From positions 6,692 through 70,691 of the forward strand of contig JAZSRR010000065.1 of assembly GCA_045538605.1 (NCBI GenBank): DNA of 64,000 nt. Direction: 5' to 3'. Below, piece by piece: positions 31,130 to 38,823 of this stretch (the first letter of the stretch is position 1; the number at the start of each line of letters is the position of its first letter). A program made the translations under genes and the position numbers. The stretch is from Faecousia sp. (GTDB taxonomy: Bacteria > Bacillota > Clostridia > Oscillospirales > Oscillospiraceae). The notes under the pieces were generated by a model. That model worked only from the letters and a program-made list of their open reading frames with translations. It was not told the origin of the DNA and searched no databases.

Positions 31130-32053
31130 ATGGGTGTAATCGGATTGGATACCAGTAACTATACCACATCCATTGCATATTTTGACGGTATAGCAGGTAT
31201 TAACGAATCTCAGATCTTGCCGGTTAAAGCCGGTGAATTGGGATTGCGGCAAAGCGATGCCGTATTTCATCATACCAAAAGCCTGCCGGAGCTTTCCGGC
31301 AGGCTGTTTTGTAATACAGATATCCATAATATATCTGCAGTTGGTGTCAGCACCCGCCCACGCGCTGTTACTGGCAGTTATATGCCTTGCTTCCTGGTTG
31401 GCATCAGCCATGCAAAACTTCTTTCTCAGGCGCTTGGTGCGCCCCTTATGGAGTTTTCTCATCAACAGGGACATATCGCTGCAGCGCTTTGGAGCGCCGG
31501 CAGAATGGATTTGATGGATCAGCCACATCTTGCATGGCATCTATCTGGGGGAACGACCGAACTTTTGCTTGTGGAGCCGGACGGAAAAAATGTACAATGC
31601 CGTATCATTGGCGGAACAACCGATATTTCTGCGGGACAACTGATTGACCGTGCCGGTCAGCTTCTTGGTTTACCATTTCCCTCTGGAAAATATTTAGATC
31701 AGCTTGCCTCTCAAGCAACAAATACCCATGTATTCTCAGTAAAATGTAACGGCAGCCAATTTTCGCTATCCGGTGTAGAAAATAAAGTTCAGAATTACTG
31801 GTCAATCGGTAATAACCCTGAAGAGACTGCAGCATATACTTTGCGGTGCGTTTGTTCTGCAGTACGGCAAGCCACAGAAAACGCCCTTAAGGATTATCCA
31901 AATTTACCTGTAGTCTTTTCTGGTGGTGTTTCTGCCAATTCGATGCTGCGTAGCTTTCTTCAGGATCTCAACCCTGTATTTGCAGAACCCCGGTATTCTA
32001 CAGATAACGCTCTTGGTGTGGCGATTCTTGCTTATCGGCATCAGGAGGGTTAA
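31130..32053 (+). CDS. TsaD/Kae1-like (M22 family) ASKHA protein
   Basis: GLDTSNYTTS, SHQQGH, SGGTT, GQLIDR, GGVSAN, TDNA. Confidence 0.8.
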   Translation: MGVIGLDTSNYTTSIAYFDGIAGINESQILPVKAGELGLRQSDAVFHHTKSLPELSGRLFCNTDIHNISAVGVSTRPRAVTGSYMPCFLVGISHAKLLSQALGAPLMEFSHQQGHIAAALWSAGRMDLMDQPHLAWHLSGGTTELLLVEPDGKNVQCRIIGGTTDISAGQLIDRAGQLLGLPFPSGKYLDQLASQATNTHVFSVKCNGSQFSLSGVENKVQNYWSIGNNPEETAAYTLRCVCSAVRQATENALKDYPNLPVVFSGGVSANSMLRSFLQDLNPVFAEPRYSTDNALGVAILAYRHQEG

Positions 32054-32054
32054 T

Positions 32055-33263
32055 ATGCAACAGGTTTTGTCTATAACCCAAATCAATGAATATGTTCGCC
32101 GTCTGATGGACGAAGATGCGCTTTTAACCGGCGTTGCTGTTCGGGGAGAAATCAGCAATTACAAAGTTTATCCCTCCGGCCATCACTATTTTACCCTAAA
32201 AGATGATGGCGCTAGCCTGAAATGTGTGATGTTTCGCAATAGTGCGACTCGACTGAAATTTCGTCTGGAAAACGGAATGAAGATTATCGCTATGGGTAAA
32301 GTTTCCGTCTATCCCAGAGACGGTGCTTATCAGCTGTACTGCAACACAATAACGCTTGATGGAGTAGGGGATTTACACGCAGCCTTCGAGCAACTAAAGG
32401 CTAAGCTTGCTGCACAGGGTTTGTTTGACAGCGCACACAAAAAAACGCTTCCGCAGTTTCCCGGTGTAATCGGCATTATAACAAGCTCCGCTGGCGCAGC
32501 TGTTCACGATATGCTTCGCGTATTAAACAAGCGCTACCCGCTGACGAAGGTTCATCTGCTGCCTGTCCGTGTTCAAGGTGCAGAGGCGCCCGGTGAGATT
32601 GCTGCTGCTATCCAATATGCCAATCACCATAAGCTTGCCGACTTGCTGATTGTAGGACGCGGTGGAGGCTCTATTGAAGATTTATGGGCTTTTAATGACG
32701 AGCTGGTTGCAAGAGCTATCTATCAATCCGATATCCCTGTAATTTCCGCAGTGGGGCACGAGCCGGATGTTACTATATCCGATTTTGTTGCAGATTTACG
32801 GGCAGCTACACCTTCTAACGCAGCTGAGCTTGCTGTTCCGGATCAATCTGCCCTGCGACAGAATTTAGATGCTATGCATTCGTCGATGCAGACCGTTATA
32901 AAGCGCCAGATCAAATTTGCACGAGATAAGCTGAATGCTTTGTCAGGGGTACCGGCTCTTCAAAGTCCAACCCGGTACCTAACCCTTCGCAGGGATAGCT
33001 TGAATCACCTGCAAACCCGTCTTATTTCCGGGCAGAAGCATATTGTCGGAGTGAAGAAACAGGGTTTTATCTCGTTAACCTCTAAATTGGATGCGATGAG
33101 TCCGCTGAAGGTACTTTCCAGAGGCTATGCAATGGTGCAAAATGATAGGGGAGATGTGGTTCGTTCCGTTTCACAGGTTCAGTCGCAGGATGTCTTACAG
33201 GTTAATCTCAGCGATGGCGTAATTACAGCTGCCGTTCTGAATAACAAGGAGGAGAATTTATGA
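32055..33263 (+). CDS. xseA: Exodeoxyribonuclease VII large subunit
   Basis: GEISN, SGHHYFTLKD, RGGGSIEDLW.FN, AVGHE.D, TPS.AAE. Confidence 0.95.
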   Translation: MQQVLSITQINEYVRRLMDEDALLTGVAVRGEISNYKVYPSGHHYFTLKDDGASLKCVMFRNSATRLKFRLENGMKIIAMGKVSVYPRDGAYQLYCNTITLDGVGDLHAAFEQLKAKLAAQGLFDSAHKKTLPQFPGVIGIITSSAGAAVHDMLRVLNKRYPLTKVHLLPVRVQGAEAPGEIAAAIQYANHHKLADLLIVGRGGGSIEDLWAFNDELVARAIYQSDIPVISAVGHEPDVTISDFVADLRAATPSNAAELAVPDQSALRQNLDAMHSSMQTVIKRQIKFARDKLNALSGVPALQSPTRYLTLRRDSLNHLQTRLISGQKHIVGVKKQGFISLTSKLDAMSPLKVLSRGYAMVQNDRGDVVRSVSQVQSQDVLQVNLSDGVITAAVLNNKEENL

Positions 33264-33493
33264 ATAATCCTAATAGATCCTTTGAAGAAAATATGCAAAG
33301 ATTAGAACAAATCGTCCGCGTAATGGAACGGGGCGATGTTGCGCTGGAGGAGTCCTTGAAACTGTTTCAGGAAGGCACAATGCTGGTAGAAAGCTGCGGT
33401 AAGTTACTGGATGAAGCAGAGCTGCAGGTTAAAAAGATCGTTGCAGCGGAAGATGGAACGCCAATGGAGGAGGATTTTTCCTATGAGCAATGA
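33260..33493 (+). CDS. xseB: Exodeoxyribonuclease VII small subunit
   Basis: FEE....LE.IV..ME.G...LEESL..F..G. Confidence 0.93.
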   Translation: MNNPNRSFEENMQRLEQIVRVMERGDVALEESLKLFQEGTMLVESCGKLLDEAELQVKKIVAAEDGTPMEEDFSYEQ

Positions 33494-34361
33494 TTTTCTG
33501 GCGCAACTGACCGCATACAAACAGCATACAGAGGATTACCTTGCAGAAAAATGCTTTAACTATCCCGGTGAACCTCAGCAGACATTATTCTCTGCCATGC
33601 GCTATAGTCTGCTTGCTGGTGGTAAGCGCCTGCGCCCTATTTTTGTGTACGAATTTTGTAAGATGTGCGGCGGTGATTGGAAGCGAGCGACCGATTTTGC
33701 TGCCGCTGTTGAAATGATCCATACATATAGCCTGATACACGACGATTTGCCCTGTATGGACAATGATGATTATCGCAGAGGAAGATTGACCAATCATAAG
33801 GTCTATGGCGAAGCGATCGCCGTACTGTCCGGAGATGCATTACTGACCGCAGCTTTTTCAAGTCTTGCTAATGCCGACCATACACCCCAGACACAAATTG
33901 CTGCAGTTAAGGTTTTGGCCGCCTGCGCCGGTGAATTGGGCATGGTCGGTGGGCAGGTCTTGGATATGCAGAGTGAGCAGCGCCAGTGTACTGCACAGGA
34001 AGTACTGGATATTCAGAGCCGGAAGACAGGTGCGCTGATCGAAGCTGCCTGCGTTTTAGGCGTTCTGGCCGGTGAAGGCACCCAGGAGCAAATTGATGCA
34101 GCAAGAACCTTTGCATATAATATTGGTCTTGCCTTCCAAATTCGGGACGATGTTCTGGATGTCATAGGGGACGCCAAAACCCTAGGCAAGGCTGTTGGTG
34201 TTGACGGCTCTAAGAATACCTTTGTTCAGCTTTACGGTCTGGATGGATGTGAGCAGCTTATTGAAGAGCATACAAGGAAAGCTATCTCTGCTTTGGATGC
34301 TTTTACGGATACCGAATTTATGCAACAACTTTCTCAAGAACTGACCAAGCGAACTGTATAA
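33483..34361 (+). CDS. ispA: Geranyltranstransferase / polyprenyl synthetase
   Basis: GGKRLRP, SLIHDDLPCMDND, FQIRDD. Confidence 0.93.
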   Translation: MSNDFLAQLTAYKQHTEDYLAEKCFNYPGEPQQTLFSAMRYSLLAGGKRLRPIFVYEFCKMCGGDWKRATDFAAAVEMIHTYSLIHDDLPCMDNDDYRRGRLTNHKVYGEAIAVLSGDALLTAAFSSLANADHTPQTQIAAVKVLAACAGELGMVGGQVLDMQSEQRQCTAQEVLDIQSRKTGALIEAACVLGVLAGEGTQEQIDAARTFAYNIGLAFQIRDDVLDVIGDAKTLGKAVGVDGSKNTFVQLYGLDGCEQLIEEHTRKAISALDAFTDTEFMQQLSQELTKRTV

Positions 34362-34364
34362 ATT

Positions 34365-34389
34365 ACGACCTGGGATAATCCCAGGTCGT
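34365..34389. terminator. Hairpin between ispA and the cotJC 3' half
   Basis: acgacctggga-taa-tcccaggtcgt. Confidence 0.65.
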
Positions 34390-34407
34390 TCTATTTTTAT
34401 TAATGAA

Positions 34408-34821
34408 TCACATATCAAAAGACGGATTCATATAGTATACATTCTTTTGATTCAATTTTTCACGCAGAAGCTGCATTGCCTCACCAAAACGTTGGAAGTG
34501 CACAACTTCTCGTTCGCGAAGGAATTTAATCACATTGTTTACATCCGGATCATCGCTTAAACGCAGAATATTGTCATAGGTTACCCGCGCTTTCTGCTCA
34601 GCAGCCAGGTCCTCTGTCAGGTCAGCAATGGGATCTCCCTTTACTTGCATAGTTGCTGCTGTCCAAGGCGTTCCGGATGCAAAGGTTGGATATACACCGG
34701 TGGTATGGTCCACAAAGTAGGGCGCAAATGCCGAGTCTTGAATTTGAGAATCCTTCAGATTTCTGGTTAACTGGTGCACAATAGCACCAATCATTTCCAG
34801 GTGTCCCAATTCTTCTGTTCC
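34408..34821 (-). CDS. cotJC: 3' portion of interrupted spore-coat Mn-catalase CotJC
   Basis: Frame reads G-TEELGHLEMIG...DL.EDLAAEQKAR.TY...REREVVHFQRFGE; no RBS or start of its own, begins at the element boundary. Confidence 0.92.
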   Translation of the reverse strand, partial: GTEELGHLEMIGAIVHQLTRNLKDSQIQDSAFAPYFVDHTTGVYPTFASGTPWTAATMQVKGDPIADLTEDLAAEQKARVTYDNILRLSDDPDVNNVIKFLREREVVHFQRFGEAMQLLREKLNQKNVYYMNPSFDM

Positions 34822-34846
34822 TAAATAAGATTTTTATTGTGCATAT
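34820..34846. other. Attachment site at the cotJC 3'-half junction
   Basis: CC core followed by arm TAAATAAGATTTTTATTGTGCATAT, 16/25 inverted match to the arm at 40886-40910. Confidence 0.8.
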
Positions 34847-34853
34847 AGTGAAG

Positions 34854-34897
34854 AAAAACAAGAAAGGGAGTACACGCGTACTCCCTTTCTTGTTTTT
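34854..34897. terminator. Strong bidirectional terminator downstream of rep
   Basis: Perfect 20-bp stem aaaaacaagaaagggagtac-acgc-gtactccctttcttgttttt. Confidence 0.85.
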
Positions 34898-36026
34898 AAT
34901 GTGCTTTTATTTCATTTATTTCTTTGACATAATCGCCTTTTTCTTCTTCATCCATACCATCGAGAACACCCATACAAATACTTAAAATATCATCATTCGC
35001 TTGTTTGTCTCTGGTTTTCTTTGCTACGACAGCAGGAACAGGGTTCTTTATCTTATACTTAAACTCTGGCATATAATTATTGTCGGGGTTGAAAGTGTAA
35101 AAGCAAATTTCCTTCTCATCGGCAATTAGATAATTGGATATTCTTCTTCGCAACTGCGATTTATCCTCATTGCTGAACTTGTACCATTCTAAAATCGGCA
35201 CCGTGCTTGTAATAATGATTGTACTACCAAGAAAGTTTTTGTTGCAAAAACGACTACGGATACTCGTTGCCGTGTGGTTGTCAAGTGCTTTAAGCAAATC
35301 GGCAAACTCAAAGGCATTATCTCTTAAATCGTCCAATATGACAGTTTCCTGTCCTTTGTAGTCTTGCAAACTGTCATTCGCAGAAGATGACACATAACAA
35401 CTACCATCACCTATTTTTTCAGCGAGCATTTTTGCATAAGTCGTTTTTCCACTTCCAGTTGTTCCATATATAAAGATTACCTTTATATCACGATTTTGAT
35501 TTCGCATAATCATTTCACTCCTATTCTTAAAGGCATTATGGATAACACTATTATGTTTTGCCAATGTAACAGAATCTATATAATCAAATCTGTTATATTC
35601 CTTAATAGTCCCATCTGAAATTTTTCGTATAATGAAGTCAATATCGGTTTTTTCTTCTTTCTCGATTGCTTCTTCAATATTAAAATTGCTTTTAACATTT
35701 TCAGCATTATACTGAAATTTATCGGGAGCATTTTGATGTGTTAGATACTTAAGTATGTCTTTTTTTCGCTTTTTAACTTTACTCACATATTGCGGTTCAT
35801 CATTGAACCATTTTGCAACCGTTTCAAAATCAGCACTACTTTGACCAAAATTAAGATACAAATGAATGTGTGCTCCTTTGGGTTCTCCGTTTGCTTTTAC
35901 ATCCTTATCGTGTATGATGTATGCCCATTCTTTAATTGTTCGGTGTGTATCAATGATGTTTTCTAAATTTTCCAATTTGATTTTTAAGTGTTCTAAATAC
36001 TGCATATATTCACAGTGTTTTGCCAT
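34896..36026 (-). CDS. Rolling-circle Rep: Rep_2-like HUH endonuclease fused to SF3 helicase (pCRESS-type)
   Basis: AYIIHDKD, HIHLYL (HUH), YLTH (catalytic Tyr), GTTGSGKTT, ILDDLR, ITST, QLRRRI; AAGGAG RBS. Confidence 0.88.
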   Translation of the reverse strand: MAKHCEYMQYLEHLKIKLENLENIIDTHRTIKEWAYIIHDKDVKANGEPKGAHIHLYLNFGQSSADFETVAKWFNDEPQYVSKVKKRKKDILKYLTHQNAPDKFQYNAENVKSNFNIEEAIEKEEKTDIDFIIRKISDGTIKEYNRFDYIDSVTLAKHNSVIHNAFKNRSEMIMRNQNRDIKVIFIYGTTGSGKTTYAKMLAEKIGDGSCYVSSSANDSLQDYKGQETVILDDLRDNAFEFADLLKALDNHTATSIRSRFCNKNFLGSTIIITSTVPILEWYKFSNEDKSQLRRRISNYLIADEKEICFYTFNPDNNYMPEFKYKIKNPVPAVVAKKTRDKQANDDILSICMGVLDGMDEEEKGDYVKEINEIKAH

Positions 36027-36073
36027 AACGGTGGTCTCCTTTCAGAATTTGAATTTAAAAATTCTGAATACGG

Positions 36074-36109
36074 ACAAAACAAAAGACCTAACGTTTTCCC
36101 GTTAGGTCT
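36074..36109 (-). terminator. Terminator/attenuator in rep leader
   Basis: agacctaacg-6nt-cgttaggtct followed by TTTGTTTTG on minus strand, about 50 nt before the rep ATG. Confidence 0.65.
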
Positions 36110-36383
36110 AAATTAGCACCGAAATTAAAGTAGGCATAACGGAAAAACAGAAAGCAATAGTAACCCTATTGTCCTTTCGTTCTGTCACCCGTTTTTTTCT
36201 ACTTCTTACTGCTGGAATGTCTGCTATCTATCTTCGTTCACAGTCAGTCGCCTCTTCCGTCAATGGAGCATCAATCTCTTGCGAGACGATTTCGTCATTG
36301 GGTGGGTGTGCTCATTTGTCGCTGCCCACTGGCGATACGGTATCATTATTCAGTTGATGCTCCCTATCATTGAGAGCATTATT

Positions 36384-36412
36384 AGTATAGCATATTTTTG
36401 GTTAAAAGTCAA
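36384..36412 (-). promoter_or_regulatory. sigmaA-type promoter of rep
   Basis: TTGACT-17bp-TATACT with extended TG. Confidence 0.7.
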
Positions 36413-36443
36413 GAATATGAGACCATTTCCTTTAACTATCTTT

Positions 36444-36544
36444 TACCCTTTTACCCTTTTTCTACACGGCGTTGGACAAGCCCTCCAACGCCGTGTTTTC
36501 CTTTATTTATAAGGTGTTTTATACATTTATACCCTTTTACCCTT
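36444..36544. repeat. Two 15-bp direct repeats flanking a 13-bp GC-rich hairpin
   Basis: TACCCTTTTACCCTT at 36444-36458 and 36530-36544; acacggcgttgga/tccaacgccgtgt at 36464-36496. Confidence 0.8.
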
Positions 36545-36569
36545 ATTTTCAACATTTTTCCAAAGTGTC

Positions 36570-36598
36570 TTTACATAGAAAGTAATCTGTGATATAAT
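36570..36598 (+). promoter_or_regulatory. sigmaA-type promoter
   Basis: TTTACA-17bp-TATAAT with extended TG. Confidence 0.75.
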
Positions 36599-36604
36599 GT
36601 GTTC

Positions 36605-36780
36605 ACCACATAAAACTCTAAAATGTATTTTTCCACACGGAAGTGGGCATTTTACTTCGGTAAAAGTGCTGACTTCTTATTTCGCATTTCTGTGTGGAGT
36701 GTGGAGTTTTGTGTGGTAGCAAATCGAAGTCGAGCATTTTTCGGTGTGTGCGACTTCGTGTTGCACACACTTTTTTATTT
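36605..36780 (+). ncRNA. Putative structured RNA / attenuator leader
   Basis: Nested long stems with plus-strand G-U pairs, cUUCGg hairpin and terminal terminator with alternative pairing; starts just after the promoter. Confidence 0.6.
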
Positions 36781-36798
36781 ATTGAGAGGGGTAAAACT

Positions 36799-37533
36799 AT
36801 GGCAAAAATACCATGTGCCGTTTGTGGCAAAGAATTAGGATTATTATCTGGAAAGGTGAAAATTTCTGATGGTGCTATTTGTACCAACTGTTTGAGCAGT
36901 GCAGGAATTTCAATGTTAAGTAACAATATGACATATAATCAGCAATCCATCAACGAACTGATTAGCACCCGAAAGAAAATTGTTGAAAATTTCTCATCAA
37001 CCAAATCAGTAGGTACTTATATACAAGTTGATGAAAATAATAAATCTTTCAAGATAGGCAAAGATATTTTTTCTTATGAAAACTTATTAAGTTTTGAATT
37101 ATTAGAAGATGGTCAAAGTATAACAAAAGGCGGTTTGGGACGTGCCGTTGCTGGCGGTTTGCTTTTTGGTGGTGTAGGTGCTATCGTTGGTGGAGTTACA
37201 GGCGGAAAGAAATCCAAAGGTATTTGCAATTCAATGAAACTTCGTATCTCGTTAAAGAATGCACATACTGATGTTGTTTACATTAACTTTATACTTACAG
37301 AAACCAAAACAAATGGTTTTATATATAAAGCAGCACAAGATAGTGCTCAAAAATGTATCACTGCACTTGAAACCATCAGCGACATAAACCAGAGTGCACT
37401 AAATCAACCAGTTTATGCACCTCAATCTGTTTCTTCTGCTGATGAAATCGTGAAATTTAAAAATCTTCTTGACCAAGGAATTATCACACAAGAAGAATTT
37501 GATGCAAAGAAAAAAGAATTACTTGGACTATGA
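36799..37533 (+). CDS. Zn-ribbon + SHOCT domain protein
   Basis: N-terminal CAVC..ICTNC, central GRAVAGG.LFGGVGAIVGG, C-terminal ADEI.KFK.LLDQGIITQEEFDAKKKELL; start after GAGAGGGG. Confidence 0.85.
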   Translation: MAKIPCAVCGKELGLLSGKVKISDGAICTNCLSSAGISMLSNNMTYNQQSINELISTRKKIVENFSSTKSVGTYIQVDENNKSFKIGKDIFSYENLLSFELLEDGQSITKGGLGRAVAGGLLFGGVGAIVGGVTGGKKSKGICNSMKLRISLKNAHTDVVYINFILTETKTNGFIYKAAQDSAQKCITALETISDINQSALNQPVYAPQSVSSADEIVKFKNLLDQGIITQEEFDAKKKELLGL

Positions 37534-37534
37534 T

Positions 37535-37569
37535 AAAAATGCTCACGCTTAATTGTCGTGAGCATTTTT
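37535..37569. terminator. Bidirectional terminator
   Basis: aaaaatgctcacg...cgtgagcattttt. Confidence 0.75.
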
Positions 37570-37659
37570 TATTTCTTCTTTTAAGGTTTCATATAATGCC
37601 TGTATATCGAGTTCAACGGCATTTCGCTTTTGTTCTAAATCGTATAATGTTTCGTTCAT
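37549..37659 (-). CDS. Small 36-aa ORF (not in the ORF track)
   Basis: AAAGGAG RBS then MNETLYDLEQKRNAVELDIQALYETLKEEIKNAHDN*. Confidence 0.4.
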   Translation of the reverse strand: MNETLYDLEQKRNAVELDIQALYETLKEEIKNAHDN

Positions 37660-37942
37660 ATTGAGGTCGCTCCTTTCCGTTTTCTTTACAATAAATATGA
37701 TTGATTTTCATTGTGAACAGACGTCGGCAGACCTTACTGACTTGCATGCAAGTCGTAGTAAGTCATATTTCTGCGAAATAAAATCGGTTGTCCCATACTG
37801 ATTTTGTAGGGCAGAGATATGACCGCACGAAAAAGCACCGTTTTCCAAGTGCTTTGCAGTAAGGTTAACGGCAACATCTTTCCTTTCGTGTGTGTTGCCG
37901 TTCCTTTGCTCTCGCATATCAAGAGCAAAGGAGGTATTTTGA

Positions 37943-38632
37943 ATGAGCAATTATGCAATAATGCGATTTGCAAAATACAAGGTGGGTTCTGTTGCAAATA
38001 TAGAGCGACACCAAAAACATAGGGAGCGACTACGGAACAGAAAACACCCCGAAAGAGAAAAAGAAAACCACACTTGGCAAAGGGGTGAGCAGACTATGAT
38101 ACAAACCATAAGAAAGGCAATCAAGGAACAGGAACAGGCAACAGGGCGAAAGGTTCGCAAGGATGCGAATGTTCTTTGCGAGTTGGTTTTGACTTTTTCA
38201 CCGGAAATGGAAGATAAAATCAACTTGGTAGAATGGGTTAAGGCAAACTTTTCTTGGGTTCGTGATACCTTTGGTAAAGGTAAAATGATACGTGCCGATT
38301 TGAATAGAGACGAGCAAACCACCCATCTGCATTGCTTTGTGATAATGACAGATGAAAACGGCAAGTTCAACTCTTCACGATTTTTCAATAAGAAAAGTCA
38401 AGTCATAGCATTACAGGACAGTTATGCAGAGGCAATGTCGCCTTTTGGTCTTGTTCGTGGGGAAAGTAAGGAGCAAACAGGGGCAAGACACCAAACACTA
38501 CACGAATGGCGACAGGCAGAGTGTGAGAGGTTGGAAAAGGAACTGCAAGAAATGACAGAGGGCATATTCGCAGAGGAAAGAGAAATCACCCCTCAAACCC
38601 TTGAAAATGATATTTTTGATGATTTGAGGTGA
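37943..38632 (+). CDS. MobV/Pre family relaxase (relaxase domain only)
   Basis: MSNYAIMRFAKYK, RKVRKDAN...E, NRDEQTTHLH, LQD.Y, L.RGE...H; GGAGGT RBS. Confidence 0.85.
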   Translation: MSNYAIMRFAKYKVGSVANIERHQKHRERLRNRKHPEREKENHTWQRGEQTMIQTIRKAIKEQEQATGRKVRKDANVLCELVLTFSPEMEDKINLVEWVKANFSWVRDTFGKGKMIRADLNRDEQTTHLHCFVIMTDENGKFNSSRFFNKKSQVIALQDSYAEAMSPFGLVRGESKEQTGARHQTLHEWRQAECERLEKELQEMTEGIFAEEREITPQTLENDIFDDLR

Positions 38633-38636
38633 TTTT

Positions 38637-38804
38637 GTGTATGTAGATTCCAACTATGAAAACGAGTGTAAAAGGTGTAATGTTGAGAAATGGAAAAAGG
38701 CACTCCGTATAGCAGAAATACGAAAAGAAACCAACTGTAGCTTTAAACAGGCAGAGCAGATATATAACGATGAAAAGGCAAAAAAAGATATGCAGAGCAA
38801 GTAA
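38637..38804 (+). CDS. Small 55-aa basic protein (not in the ORF track)
   Basis: GAGGTG RBS overlapping the mob stop, GTG start; MYVDSNYENECKRCNVEKWKKALRIAEIRKETNCSFKQAEQIYNDEKAKKDMQSK*; fills the mob-recombinase gap. Confidence 0.55.
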   Translation: MYVDSNYENECKRCNVEKWKKALRIAEIRKETNCSFKQAEQIYNDEKAKKDMQSK

Positions 38805-38823
38805 AGTTCTGCATATCGTTTTG

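Noticed and set aside
34408-34809. Stand-alone 133-aa catalase starting at TTG
   Set aside because: No RBS; homology continues upstream to the att core, so it is the 3' half of cotJC
34842-34849. CATATAGT sporulation-type -10 box in the att arm
   Set aside because: Points directly into a strong terminator with no downstream gene
36694-36798. N-terminal extension of the SHOCT ORF in the track
   Set aside because: Overlaps the structured leader and terminator; RBS supports ATG 36799
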